From contig CAZVYP010000002.1 in assembly GCA_964631075.1 (NCBI GenBank), positions 1 through 60,956 on the forward strand: a stretch of DNA of 60,956 nucleotides, written 5' to 3'. The notes beneath the pieces are model-generated. The model made no database searches. It had not been told where the DNA came from and was given only the letters and a program-made list of their open reading frames with translations. Position numbers and translations under genes: made by a program. Source of the stretch: an uncultured Methanocellales archaeon (GTDB taxonomy: Archaea; Halobacteriota; JAWCLZ01). Below are positions 7,861-18,147 of this stretch, piece by piece. Position 1 is the stretch's first letter. Each line of letters opens with the position of its first letter.

Positions 7861-10011
7861 CTATTTAACTTTTGACAGTCTCAGTGCATTCAGAATCACG
7901 CCTAAACTCACACCCATATCTCCTATTGCAACTGCCATCCAGAGTGTTACGAGTCCGGGGAATACCAGGATGGCGAATATTAGTTTGATTCCAATGGATA
8001 AAGCTATGTTCTGTTTAACCACGCTCATCGTCTTTTTACCAAGGGATAGCAGATAGGGAACTTTTGACAGGTCGTCGTTCATCAATGCTATGCTGGCCAC
8101 TTCTAATGCGGTGTCGGAGCCGGCTACACCCATCGCTATTCCTACGTCGGCTCTGGCTAACGCCGGAGCGTCGTTTACGCCGTCTCCTATCATTGCGACT
8201 CCTCCGCTTCCTCCGCTGATTTTTTCTATGACCGATACTTTTTGTTCCGGGAGTAGATCTGCGTAGTATTCATCCACACAGATTTTTGCTGCAACTGCCT
8301 TCGCTGTTCTTTCATTGTCACCGGTGAGCATGACTATTCGCTTCACGCCCGTTTTGTGAAGAGAGTCAACCACGTGCCTGCTGTCGTCACGGATTTTATC
8401 CGATATTCCTATGACTCCTGCTACCTCGTTTGCTTTTCCCACGATAACCAGAGTCTTTGCTTCATCTTCCAGTTTTGAAAAGGTTTCTTCAAGGCCTGTG
8501 AGTGCGTCTGCGCTGAAAAGGTTTTTGCTTCCCACTAGGTAGCTTTCATTTCTCATTCTTCCCCTTATTCCTTTGCCAGTTATTGCAGTAAAGTCCTCGA
8601 CGCATTCCTTTTTTGCCATTTCCCTCTCTGCAAGCTCCACTATTGCTTTGCCAAGAGGGTGCTCTGAGAGACATTCGAGCGAGGCTGCAATGGAGAGAAT
8701 CTCTTTCCGGGAGTAGTCATTAAAAGGGATGACATCTGTCACCACCGGTTTACCTTCGGTGAGCGTACCTGTTTTGTCAAAAGCTAAAGTGTCGATCCCT
8801 GCTAATTTCTCGATATAGATGCCGCCTTTGAATAGAACTCCATTTTTTGCACCGCTTGTTATGCCGGAGACTATGGAAACCGGCGTGGAGATAGCGAGGG
8901 CGCATGGACAGGAGATGAGGAGCAGGAGCAGGGCTTTGTAGAACCAGACATTAAAAGGCTGCATAAATATCAATGTCGGAATGGTGGCGACACATATTGC
9001 GATTCCCACAACAAATGGTGTGTAGTATTTTGCAAATCTATTTATGAACCGCTCTGTCGGGGATTTCTGTTCTTCAGCCATTTCTATCAGCTCAACGATT
9101 TTTGCCAAGGTGCTGTCCTTTACCTCCTTTACTGCCTTTACTTCCAGGCTTCCTTCCTGGTTTATCGTGCCGCCAAACACTCCATCTCCAGCGCCTTTGT
9201 TTACAGGCATGGATTCTCCGGTGATAGGGGCTTGATTTACTGAAGAATATCCCTTGATAACAAGTCCATCCACGCCTATTCTTTCACCCGGCTTTATCAG
9301 AACAATATCCCCTACCCGGATTTTCTCTACTGGTATTTCGACAAATGCATCTCCTCTTTTGACAGAAGCAACGTGGGGTGTGAGGTTGATAAGCTCGCTC
9401 AATGACCTGCGGGATCTCTCCACTGCGTAGTCCTCCAATAGCTCTGCTATCGAAAACAGGAACAAAACTGCTGCACCTTCTGCAAAAGCGTCGATGAACA
9501 CCGCGCCCACCGCGGCGATAATCATAAGTGAATCTATCACAAAAGTGCGGCTGAGCAGTGCCCTGATCGCATTACCTGCTACGAAATAACCTCCGAAAAT
9601 CATAGCAATGGTGTAGAAGGACTCGGAGAGGGGAATTTCATAATAGAAATCCAGAATGAAGGGATCTGGAGTTAAGAAAGAAATAAGGAGTCCGGTGAAC
9701 AGGGCAATTCCAGACACAAGGGCAAAGACAAACTCGCGATTATCCAGCGACAGAATCTTCTCCTCTTCAATCTCTGCTCCGAGAATGTCATATCCTAAAC
9801 TTTTGACCTTTGACTTTATCTCGCATGGTGATATTATGTCCGGGTCATATTTGACTTCCATTTTGCCCGTGCTGAGACTCAATTTTATTTTATGTATACC
9901 TCGCACCGCTGACATTGCGCTTTCAATTTTCTTCACGCAATCCGCACAGTGAAGCCCTTTTATTCTCAGTTCTCTTTTTTCAATCAAGGTCTCACTCTGT
10001 GGCGTGCTCAT
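7861..10011 (-). CDS. heavy-metal (Cd/Zn/Co-type) P1B-type ATPase
   Basis: 716 aa. It has an N-terminal HMA domain (GLHCADCVKKIE), the TM CPC motif (ISCPCALAIS), DKTGTLT, SEHPLGKAI, and the GDGVNDAPAL hinge. Confidence 0.95.
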   Translation of the reverse strand: MSTPQSETLIEKRELRIKGLHCADCVKKIESAMSAVRGIHKIKLSLSTGKMEVKYDPDIISPCEIKSKVKSLGYDILGAEIEEEKILSLDNREFVFALVSGIALFTGLLISFLTPDPFILDFYYEIPLSESFYTIAMIFGGYFVAGNAIRALLSRTFVIDSLMIIAAVGAVFIDAFAEGAAVLFLFSIAELLEDYAVERSRRSLSELINLTPHVASVKRGDAFVEIPVEKIRVGDIVLIKPGERIGVDGLVIKGYSSVNQAPITGESMPVNKGAGDGVFGGTINQEGSLEVKAVKEVKDSTLAKIVELIEMAEEQKSPTERFINRFAKYYTPFVVGIAICVATIPTLIFMQPFNVWFYKALLLLLISCPCALAISTPVSIVSGITSGAKNGVLFKGGIYIEKLAGIDTLAFDKTGTLTEGKPVVTDVIPFNDYSRKEILSIAASLECLSEHPLGKAIVELAEREMAKKECVEDFTAITGKGIRGRMRNESYLVGSKNLFSADALTGLEETFSKLEDEAKTLVIVGKANEVAGVIGISDKIRDDSRHVVDSLHKTGVKRIVMLTGDNERTAKAVAAKICVDEYYADLLPEQKVSVIEKISGGSGGVAMIGDGVNDAPALARADVGIAMGVAGSDTALEVASIALMNDDLSKVPYLLSLGKKTMSVVKQNIALSIGIKLIFAILVFPGLVTLWMAVAIGDMGVSLGVILNALRLSKVK

Positions 10012-10381
10012 AAGCCATTTTCAAAAGCTGAACTATGTGGTCATCGTCCAGAGAATAATAAACGATCTTACCATCTTTTCTGTATTTTACCAGCTTCATG
10101 TTCCTCAGAACTCTCAACTGGTGTGAAACTGCGGATACGCTCATGTTTAGCACTTCTGAGATGTCGCAGACGCAGAGCTCTCCCTTGGAAAGTGCATATA
10201 ATATTTTTACACGGGTTCTATCACCCAGGGTCTTGAAAGTGTCACCGAGACTGGCAAAAATATCATCCTCCAGCATTTGCCTCCTCACTGCGCTGACCTT
10301 TTTTTCATTTATGACTCTTACCTGGCAGACATCTTCTCTATTGCTCATAGCTGCACCAATCATAATTGAACAATTACTCAA
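9992..10381 (-). CDS. ArsR/SmtB-family metalloregulator
   Basis: 129 aa with ELCVCDISEVLNMSVSAVSHQLRVLRNMKLV (CxC metal site plus the ArsR HTH). It overlaps the ATPase start by 20 nt. Confidence 0.9.
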   Translation of the reverse strand: MSNCSIMIGAAMSNREDVCQVRVINEKKVSAVRRQMLEDDIFASLGDTFKTLGDRTRVKILYALSKGELCVCDISEVLNMSVSAVSHQLRVLRNMKLVKYRKDGKIVYYSLDDDHIVQLLKMAYEHATE

Positions 10382-10465
10382 ATGTTCAATTGAATAGTAT
10401 ATAAAGCTTTGCAGAAAAAATATGCCTGAATTTACTCGAATCTGAGCTTGCTCGCCTTTTCTCTT

Positions 10466-11764
10466 TCATAAATTGTTTTCAAGCAGCCATTTCCAGAGCG
10501 GTATGAGCTTGATCCTCTGGTTTTTGTATTTTTCAGCTCCTTCCTGATCCCATGTGATCACAAGCATGTTCCTGCATTTGAATTCTCTGCCCGCTTTTAC
10601 CAGCGCGCTCAGCTCTCTTTCTCTGGTGTTAAAGTCCTCTATGCTATAGCAGACCTGTATGAGCTGCGTGATCTTTTCTTTCTCTTTCAAAACGAAATCG
10701 ACTTCTTTGTTGCCGGAGTAAAAGTAAAACAGGTTGCTGTTCAGAGTAAAGTTTCTTCTCACCAGCTCCATTAACACAATGTTTTCCATTAATCGGCTCT
10801 GGCTTTCAACTCCGCTAACAGACATCAAGCCATTGTCAGCAAAATATATCTTGGGAGAAGTTTGCTCTATCTCCCTGTAGGATCTGGAGTATTTTCTCAG
10901 CATAAACAGAATCAGAGAGTCCAGGAAGTACTCCGTATAGGTGTATATCGTGTTTTTGCTGACTTTTATTCCCAGAGATTTGAGGTAGTTGTAGAATTTG
11001 TGGATCGAAAAATGGGTTGACGAGAGGAGGCTTTTGAGGAGCAGTTTTAGAACCTTGATGTTTTTAACTTTATACCTCTCCACCACGTCTCTGTAGATTG
11101 TTACGTCGAGAATTTCCTTCAGGATTTTTTCACGCTCTTTTTCAAAAAAGATGGCCTCAGGGTACCCGCTGATGGTGTACTTTTCGAGAAGGTTGAGGAG
11201 CTTTGCCTTCTGTGAAGAGGAAAGATGTTTATCCACCCTGAAGTCTTTTGCTTTTAAAAATTCTTTGAAGCTGAAGGGATAAATGTAGTAAGGCAGGGTT
11301 CTCCCCCTCAAGCTGGTGGCAATTTCCTTTGAAAGCAGCCTGGAAGACGAACCGCTGATATACACCTGAACGTTTTCACTATCCATGACAGCGCGAACGA
11401 ATTTCTCCCAGCTCTGAACATTTTGAACTTCGTCTAAAAAAAGATAGACTTTTCTGCTTTTATTTTCAGGGTAAATTTCATAAAAAATTTCAATCATGCT
11501 CCTCAAATCTGCTGCCCCGCAGCCGATCAGCAAGTCGCTCTCGAAATTAATGTACAGCACTCTGTTTTTTTCCACCTTTTTTTCCAGCAGCTTTTTCATA
11601 ACCTGGTACATGAAAAATGTCTTGCCTGCTCGCCTTGGCCCGAGTATGGAGATAACTCGTTTTATCGGTGGTTCGACTGCTTCAACGTCTCGCTCTACCA
11701 GATCCGGCAGCTCGCGCTCTTGAAAATCCTTTATTGTTCTTATCCAGATCTCTCGACTTATCAT
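10466..11764 (-). CDS. AAA-family ATPase with DUF4143-type C-terminal domain (COG1373-like)
   Basis: 432 aa with P-loop GPRRAGKT and Walker B LFLDEVQ. The size and layout are typical of the archaeal AAA_14/DUF4143 family. Confidence 0.75.
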   Translation of the reverse strand: MISREIWIRTIKDFQERELPDLVERDVEAVEPPIKRVISILGPRRAGKTFFMYQVMKKLLEKKVEKNRVLYINFESDLLIGCGAADLRSMIEIFYEIYPENKSRKVYLFLDEVQNVQSWEKFVRAVMDSENVQVYISGSSSRLLSKEIATSLRGRTLPYYIYPFSFKEFLKAKDFRVDKHLSSSQKAKLLNLLEKYTISGYPEAIFFEKEREKILKEILDVTIYRDVVERYKVKNIKVLKLLLKSLLSSTHFSIHKFYNYLKSLGIKVSKNTIYTYTEYFLDSLILFMLRKYSRSYREIEQTSPKIYFADNGLMSVSGVESQSRLMENIVLMELVRRNFTLNSNLFYFYSGNKEVDFVLKEKEKITQLIQVCYSIEDFNTRERELSALVKAGREFKCRNMLVITWDQEGAEKYKNQRIKLIPLWKWLLENNL

Positions 11765-11815
11765 CTGGTATTATTTATAGGGAAACTAATTTAAATAGTT
11801 TCCCTCTTTATAGAA

Positions 11816-13000
11816 CTACTCGAATCTGAACTTGCTCGCCGCAACTGCTATGAACACCGCGGCTATCGCAAGCAGCATAGCTATCTCCGGCAGCACTTCT
11901 CTCAAGCCATAGCCATGCCAGAGGAGATCGTAGAAGCCGTCCATTGCCCAGGCATTTATAGTTAAGTGCGCGAGCGTTTGCATGAAGTCGGGCATTATGA
12001 AAATGGGCCACCAGCTACCGCCCAGCCCGGACATCGTGATCACTATCATGGTTGACAGCGACTCTGCCTGCTCCTTGCTGCTGACGAACACCGAGATTAA
12101 TATGCCAAGTCCGGTTGCCGGTGCCGTGAGTGCCATCAGCAGCAGTGCAAAAGCTAAAGGATCTTCCCCGAAGCTTAATCCGAAGGCAAAGTGTCCGAAT
12201 AGCATCAGCACGGTTATCTGGATTAATCCCCTGATGTAGTTGCTGAGGACCTTGCCCGCGATTATGGTTGAGCGCGAGATCGGCGCGGTCAGCAATCTTC
12301 GAAGCGTGCCTGATTCTCTTTCTTTCAATATCGCCACCGATCCGGCTGAAGAGCATGTGAGCAGAAGGAACATTATCGAGAAGCCGGGCACGTTCTGGGT
12401 GAACGGATCAAGGGCTTTGCTCTTGGAAGTTGATTCGGTTTGCGTGATAACTGGCATTGGCTCCATGAATGTGCTTGCAACGGCAACGATTTCATCGATC
12501 TTTTTCTCGTTGTAAACCGGTATGCCGTAGGCGCTAACAGTTTTCACGGCTACCACGTTGATTGAAACCCGGTTGGTAAAGCCCCCGACTATTTGCTCCA
12601 CAACCGTGTTGGAGCTTCCTTTTGTAGGATCCTCCACTATTAATATCTCCGCATTTTGTCCGCTGAGCACTCTCTTACTGAAGTCCTGCGGTATAATTAT
12701 CAGCTGTCCGTACTTTCCGCTCTTAACCATTTCACGCGCTGCGAACTCATTTGATTCATAGTCGACGTTTAAAACGTTTATATCATTGATGTAGTCCAGA
12801 AAGTCGTGCGAAACGCGGGCATCGTCCTGATCCACGACTAGCACTGTGATCGTAATGCCTGTTCCCCACATATCCGCAAGCGCGAATCCCACTATGCTTA
12901 TTATTACCATTGGCAGGACGAACATCATTGCCACGGCTCTTCGATCTTTTGAGAGCACTTTGAGGTCGTTCAGTGTTATCTCAAGAAATTTGGTGTCCAT
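11816..13000 (-). CDS. ABC-2 type exporter permease
   Basis: 394 aa. It has an N-terminal TM helix, a large extracytoplasmic loop and a C-terminal bundle of about 5 TM helices. It abuts the ATPase gene with no gap. Confidence 0.85.
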   Translation of the reverse strand: MDTKFLEITLNDLKVLSKDRRAVAMMFVLPMVIISIVGFALADMWGTGITITVLVVDQDDARVSHDFLDYINDINVLNVDYESNEFAAREMVKSGKYGQLIIIPQDFSKRVLSGQNAEILIVEDPTKGSSNTVVEQIVGGFTNRVSINVVAVKTVSAYGIPVYNEKKIDEIVAVASTFMEPMPVITQTESTSKSKALDPFTQNVPGFSIMFLLLTCSSAGSVAILKERESGTLRRLLTAPISRSTIIAGKVLSNYIRGLIQITVLMLFGHFAFGLSFGEDPLAFALLLMALTAPATGLGILISVFVSSKEQAESLSTMIVITMSGLGGSWWPIFIMPDFMQTLAHLTINAWAMDGFYDLLWHGYGLREVLPEIAMLLAIAAVFIAVAASKFRFE

Positions 13001-13948
13001 TTATGCATGCTCCTTCAGCTTGCTCCCAGTTAAGTGCAGGAACACTGTCTCGAGATTGGGCTCTATCACGTGAAGCATTTCTATCTTTCCACCCAATGCA
13101 TCGATTTTTTGAACCACTCGCGGCAGGAGCTCGCGGTTATGGGTTGCTGTGATTGTGAGCCTATTTTCAACCGCCGAGACTTCGATCACACCTGCTTCTT
13201 TTTTGAGAGCTTCCAAAATTTCTTCGCTCAGATTTCTAGCGCTTATCTCGATCACATCTGCTTCTCCCACGAGAGCGAGAAGCTCTTCCAGGTTACCGAG
13301 CGCGATCAGCTTTCCTCTGTCAACTATACCTATGCGATCGCAGAGTCGCTCGGCTTCTTCCATTATGTGAGTGGTGAGCAAAACTGTAAGTCCCTTTGAG
13401 TTCAGATCTTCGATCATCTCGTAGATCTCTTTGCGGGAGTGGGGATCAACCCCTGCGGTTGGCTCGTCGAGGAAAAGCACTTCCGGCTCGTGAAGTATTG
13501 AGGCGGCAATGTTTACCCTGCGCTTCATGCCGCCCGAGAAAAGCTCCACTCTGTCATAAGCACGATCAGCAAGTCCAACGTTATTTAAAACTTTCCAGAC
13601 CCGCTCTTCCAGTGTTTTTCCACTGATTCCGTAAATTCGGCCGTAGAACCTTAGGTTTTCAATTGCGCTTAAAGTCTGGTAGAGGCTGATTTCCTGTGGC
13701 ACTACGCCGATTAATTTTTTTACCTCGAGCTCGTCTTTGATAAGGTCTTTGCCTTTTATCAAAGCGGTACCTGAGGTTGGCTCGAGCAGGGTGCAGAGCA
13801 TGCTGATCGTGGTCGATTTCCCGGCTCCATTTGGTCCCAGCAGTCCGAAGATCTCTCCCTTTTTTATGGTGAAGCTGATACTGTCCACTGCGGTAAAACC
13901 GTTGAATTTCTTGGTTAAGCTCTTAACTTCAATGAGGTCATCACTCAT
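13001..13948 (-). CDS. ABC transporter ATP-binding protein (ABC-2/DrrA-like)
   Basis: 315 aa with Walker A GPNGAGKST, the signature FSGGMKRR, and Walker B LFLDEPTAGVD. Confidence 0.92.
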   Translation of the reverse strand: MSDDLIEVKSLTKKFNGFTAVDSISFTIKKGEIFGLLGPNGAGKSTTISMLCTLLEPTSGTALIKGKDLIKDELEVKKLIGVVPQEISLYQTLSAIENLRFYGRIYGISGKTLEERVWKVLNNVGLADRAYDRVELFSGGMKRRVNIAASILHEPEVLFLDEPTAGVDPHSRKEIYEMIEDLNSKGLTVLLTTHIMEEAERLCDRIGIVDRGKLIALGNLEELLALVGEADVIEISARNLSEEILEALKKEAGVIEVSAVENRLTITATHNRELLPRVVQKIDALGGKIEMLHVIEPNLETVFLHLTGSKLKEHA

Positions 13949-13962
13949 AGTTTCATTTGCTC

Positions 13963-15009
13963 TTATTTCACTTTATTTCGGGTTCTGCGGTATAAAACGT
14001 ATGCTACTATCGCCACCACGATACCGGCTGACATTATAATTAGCAACATGTTTCTCTGGATCTTCTGCTCGAGCGTCTCAGCAGGGGATATGGTTACCGG
14101 TATTTTCACTGTGTCCGATGTTATGAGCTTGCCCTTCGAGTCTTCAAATTTTATCTCGGATTTTATGGAGTAGGTCTTGGAGATTGCACTTTTATCCACC
14201 TTGACTTTGAACTCAGCTTTTTTGCTTTCGCCCGGCTGTAAATCACCAAGGTACGAGGTGTAGTCCGAGCTGCTGAACGGATCCACGACTTTGATCTGCG
14301 CTACCGCATCCTTCGCAGGCTCTTCACCTGTGTTTTCGTAAATCACCTGAATTGCGCCTTCCTCGCCAGCTACCAAATTGCCTCTAACTTCCTTGACCTT
14401 GAAGTCCGCCTCCGGCCTCACCAATATCTCTATATACTGGCTCTGGTTTTTGCTTTCATACCAGAAGTTGTAGTCGACCGTACTCTGCGAGACGTTACCC
14501 TCTACCTGTGCATCTTTCTGATAGTCATATTCAAGTTTTAACTTAAGGTTATACTTCCCCGCTTTTGCATTGTCATGTATCTCTATGCTGAACTCCACCG
14601 GTGTCGAGAGCTGTCCACTTCGCAGCGAGCCAGCAGGCTGAGGCCCTGTCTTGACATCAACAGGCACGCCTTCCTCTGCGAGAAGTGTGGCGAACACTCC
14701 TATCGCCGTTGTTGCCTGATTCTCAAGTTGGACTTCAAGTTGTGAGAGTGCTACTTCATTGGCACTAGCAGGATCTTTTTCTGATTTGAAGCCCTCGATT
14801 TTGCCGTCGTTCATCAACTGGATTAAAAGCGGGGCTTTATCACCGCGGTAGTACTCATTGCTGCCCATCAAACTCGCGGTTAAATTGGGCTCTGCATATA
14901 CAGTGTAGAAGTCATGTCCGAACTTCTCCATATTTGGAGGTATGTAAGCAGCATATGCAGTGTTGAAAGCGATCAAGAAAATTATTGCTATGACGATTAT
15001 TTTTTTCAA
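13963..15009 (-). CDS. secreted surface protein with C-terminal TM anchor (COG1361/CARDB-like, tentative)
   Basis: 348 aa with a signal peptide (MKKIIVIAIIFLIAFNTAYA), beta-rich domains, and a C-terminal TM helix plus basic tail (LLIIMSAGIVVAIVAYVLYRRTRNK). The TTG start overlaps the gatE stop (TTGA). Confidence 0.5.
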   Translation of the reverse strand: MKKIIVIAIIFLIAFNTAYAAYIPPNMEKFGHDFYTVYAEPNLTASLMGSNEYYRGDKAPLLIQLMNDGKIEGFKSEKDPASANEVALSQLEVQLENQATTAIGVFATLLAEEGVPVDVKTGPQPAGSLRSGQLSTPVEFSIEIHDNAKAGKYNLKLKLEYDYQKDAQVEGNVSQSTVDYNFWYESKNQSQYIEILVRPEADFKVKEVRGNLVAGEEGAIQVIYENTGEEPAKDAVAQIKVVDPFSSSDYTSYLGDLQPGESKKAEFKVKVDKSAISKTYSIKSEIKFEDSKGKLITSDTVKIPVTISPAETLEQKIQRNMLLIIMSAGIVVAIVAYVLYRRTRNKVK

Positions 15010-16919
15010 GTTATGCCTCCTCTTCCCAGCTCTTCCTCAATTTTTTGCTTCAGCAGCCTGCTTACTACCCTGCCGTCAACCTTCCCTCTGAACTGCTTCA
15101 TAGCCAGTCCCATGAGCGGACTCAGCGCCGCGCTGCCCTTCTCTCTGATAAATTCTCTCTTTTCCTCCACAATTTGCTCGATAACTTTTTCAATTTCTCC
15201 TTCTTTCGCACCGATGTCGCTTAGCCCCAGCTCCTTCAAGGCCTGTTTAGCGCTCTTCGCAGGATTTGATGCAATGAGTTTCAGCACCCCCGGTATGCCT
15301 TCTTTGGCGAGCTTTTGATCGCTCAGCAATTCGAAGATTTGCAGGAAGTGCTCCTCCCCGAGCTTCTCAACTGCAATACCCTCGCGCTTCAGCTCCTGGG
15401 GTATTACCTCAAGTGCTCTTACAGCGATCGATGCAGGTAGCCAGGGGTATTGTTTCATCACCAGCTCGAAAAGCTCAAAGTTCGGCGAGCGCGCAATAAG
15501 CTCAGCCATCTCTTTGCTCAAGCCAAACTCCCGCATATAGCGCTGTTTCTTGATATCCAACGTTTCAGGAAGCTTTGCTTTCATCTGCTCCAGAAGAGCG
15601 AAGTCCAACTCAACAGGCGGCACATCTGTCTCAGGATACATGCGCGCTGCACCAGGCAGCGGTCTCATATAAGCTGAGTTGCCATCAGCGAGTGCGCGAC
15701 GCGTTTCCTCGGGGATGCCTTTCATAGCGAGCCTCGCTCTTTCTATCGCTGCCCGTATTGCACTTCCCGCTCTGCTCTCAACATCGGCAATAATTATTAT
15801 ACAGTCACTTTCCCCTGCTTTGATGAGGCTCCGCAACGCACTGATTTCCTCTACAGTGATGCCATACGCAGGCAGTTCATCGGTGTGGAATAAGCCACCT
15901 ACGCCAAAGCGCCTGGCATAATCCACAAGCTCGCTTCCCAGCCTTCTACCGGGCTGAATCTCTCTGCCGACTAAACCTGCGAATTTCGGCAGCTTTGCTG
16001 CGAGCACCCGCCCATCGCCTCGAAGCACTTTTGCTATTACCGCTGACTTTGTACTTGCGAATACCTCTGTTACGTCGATTATTTCAGGTTGAAAATCAGT
16101 CACACCTCTCCTCAATAGCTCGTCTCGAATTTTAATCAAATTCTGCTGGCGCTGCGCTTCCCGCTCCACAATTGTATCTATTAAGTCGAGCTCCTGAACG
16201 CCCTTGACCTCGACTCTTGCACCGCTGGCTATTGATATATTCACGTCCTGGCGAATTGTACCAATTCCGCGCTTGACCTTTCGCGTTGAGCGAAGCAGCA
16301 TGCCGATTTGCCTAGCCACTTCCTTCGCATGCTGAGGCGACTTTATATCAGGGGCTGTACCGATTTCAACGAGTGGAATACCCAAGCGGTCGAGAGAATA
16401 CGTTGTAGAAGCTTTGTCGGCAGATATGATCTGTGCCGCTTCTTCCTCGAGGCATAAGCTATCGATACCCACTCTGCCCTTACTCGTATCGAGATAGCCG
16501 TTTTTTGCGACAAGCGCGGTTCTCTGAAAACCAGAGGTGTTGGAGCCATCTATAACTATCTTTCGCATCACGTGCACCTGCTCCACCACCTCCATGTTAA
16601 ACATGAGGGCGATTTCCATGCAGGTTTGAAGGGCTTCCACATTCAAGCGTTCAGGTGGCTCTTCATCGTTTTCTACGAGGCACGTGGAATCATAGATTTT
16701 GTACACGAACTTCCGCCTGAGTACTGCCTCTGCCAGCGCTGCCTGATCTATTTCTCCAAGCTCGCTCTGCATTGGCTGCAGGAAGCGAATAAACTCACCA
16801 TTTGAATCCTTTATGTCTCTCAGCTTTGGAGTGCAGCCACAGAAAAGCTTTGATCTGGTATCGAGCTGCTGATGGATCTCGATGCCTGCTTTCAATCCAG
16901 TTTTTTCAAAATCCATCAT
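15006..16919 (-). CDS. gatE: Glu-tRNA(Gln) amidotransferase subunit E
   Basis: 637 aa. The N-terminus GLKAGIEIHQQLDT..KLFC and the GatB-like core and tail match GatE. It is paired with gatD immediately upstream (14-nt overlap). Confidence 0.95.
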   Translation of the reverse strand: MMDFEKTGLKAGIEIHQQLDTRSKLFCGCTPKLRDIKDSNGEFIRFLQPMQSELGEIDQAALAEAVLRRKFVYKIYDSTCLVENDEEPPERLNVEALQTCMEIALMFNMEVVEQVHVMRKIVIDGSNTSGFQRTALVAKNGYLDTSKGRVGIDSLCLEEEAAQIISADKASTTYSLDRLGIPLVEIGTAPDIKSPQHAKEVARQIGMLLRSTRKVKRGIGTIRQDVNISIASGARVEVKGVQELDLIDTIVEREAQRQQNLIKIRDELLRRGVTDFQPEIIDVTEVFASTKSAVIAKVLRGDGRVLAAKLPKFAGLVGREIQPGRRLGSELVDYARRFGVGGLFHTDELPAYGITVEEISALRSLIKAGESDCIIIIADVESRAGSAIRAAIERARLAMKGIPEETRRALADGNSAYMRPLPGAARMYPETDVPPVELDFALLEQMKAKLPETLDIKKQRYMREFGLSKEMAELIARSPNFELFELVMKQYPWLPASIAVRALEVIPQELKREGIAVEKLGEEHFLQIFELLSDQKLAKEGIPGVLKLIASNPAKSAKQALKELGLSDIGAKEGEIEKVIEQIVEEKREFIREKGSAALSPLMGLAMKQFRGKVDGRVVSRLLKQKIEEELGRGGIT

Positions 16920-18147
16920 GCCTGGTGCTCTCCGTTATTTCTCCAGCGATATTGCTCTGCATGATCTTCTTAACTTGCTCCCTGTCAGAGCTCTGTCCGA
17001 GTGCCCACATCAGCTTTACAAGAGCTACCTCGGGCAGCATATCCTCACCTTCTATTACTCCTGCACTTAGCAGGTCTCTGCCTGTGTCATAGACTCGATC
17101 GCACACTCGACCGTATAAACACTGAGAGGTCATCACAACCGGTATATTCACCTGTTTCAAATACTCAATCCAGCTTGAGTGCACATGCCCCAGTCCGGTG
17201 CCCTCTAATACTATGCCTTTATACCCACTTTCAACGTAATGACGAACTACATCAACCCTCATTCCCGGATGGAATTTGATGAGCGCACACCTCTGCTCCA
17301 TTTTGTCCCTCAGCAGAAGCTGCTTTTCACCGCGCTTTACGTATTTCTGGTTAATGGTTATCCTGCAAGAGGGATAATCGACAGTGCCAATCGGTATGTC
17401 GCTTATCGAGCGAAAGGCATCGCGCCTCGAGGTATGCATCTTCCTGACCTTTGTGCCTCTGTGGATGTAGCAAAAATTATCATCTGTGCTGCCGTGCATA
17501 ACCACAGTAACCTCGGCGATATCGCTTACTGCAACTGCTGCTGCGCAAGCGGCGTTGATCACGTTGTCGCTGCTGGGTCTATCCGCGGATCTCTGCGAGC
17601 CTACAAGCACAATCGGCACCGGAGTTTGAACCATGAACGAAAGTGCCGCCGAAGTATACGCCATCGTGTCGGTACCATGGGTGATCAGAATCCCGCTTGC
17701 TCCAGCTTCAATTTTCTTTGCGACTGCTCTTGCAAGATCTACCCAGATGTCAGGTGTCATGTTCTCGCTGAAGATGCTGCAGAGCATAGTTGCATCGAAG
17801 TTAGCAATATCAGAGAGATCCGGAATCGCGGTTAGAATATCCTCAGCATTGAACTGAGGCGAAACCGCACCGGTGCGGTAGTCGACCCTGCTTGCGATAG
17901 TACCGCCTGTGGAGATAATCGATACCCTTGGCAGAGAGGAATTTTGCCTGTGAAGCATTCGAGTGTGATGAGCTTCCACCTTTTTCCTTACCACCTCGAT
18001 TTTCGCATCGTCATCGAGCTTTACACCGGCATTGTAGCCGCTGTCGAGTTTTATCACGGCATACCCACCGCTGGGTGGCATCAATATGCCAGTGTAAATT
18101 TTACCTTTCCGCTCGATCCTTACGTAATCACCGGGCTTCGGATCCAT
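16906..18147 (-). CDS. gatD: Glu-tRNA(Gln) amidotransferase subunit D (asparaginase-like)
   Basis: 413 aa. It has the asparaginase motifs ISTGGTIAS and ITHGTDTM behind the N-terminal GatD-specific domain. Confidence 0.95.
   Translation of the reverse strand: MDPKPGDYVRIERKGKIYTGILMPPSGGYAVIKLDSGYNAGVKLDDDAKIEVVRKKVEAHHTRMLHRQNSSLPRVSIISTGGTIASRVDYRTGAVSPQFNAEDILTAIPDLSDIANFDATMLCSIFSENMTPDIWVDLARAVAKKIEAGASGILITHGTDTMAYTSAALSFMVQTPVPIVLVGSQRSADRPSSDNVINAACAAAVAVSDIAEVTVVMHGSTDDNFCYIHRGTKVRKMHTSRRDAFRSISDIPIGTVDYPSCRITINQKYVKRGEKQLLLRDKMEQRCALIKFHPGMRVDVVRHYVESGYKGIVLEGTGLGHVHSSWIEYLKQVNIPVVMTSQCLYGRVCDRVYDTGRDLLSAGVIEGEDMLPEVALVKLMWALGQSSDREQVKKIMQSNIAGEITESTRHDGF

Noticed and set aside
17239-17835. 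198-aa + strand ORF
   Set aside because: It lies entirely antisense to gatD (asparaginase motifs on the minus strand). It is Cys/Arg/His-rich nonsense.
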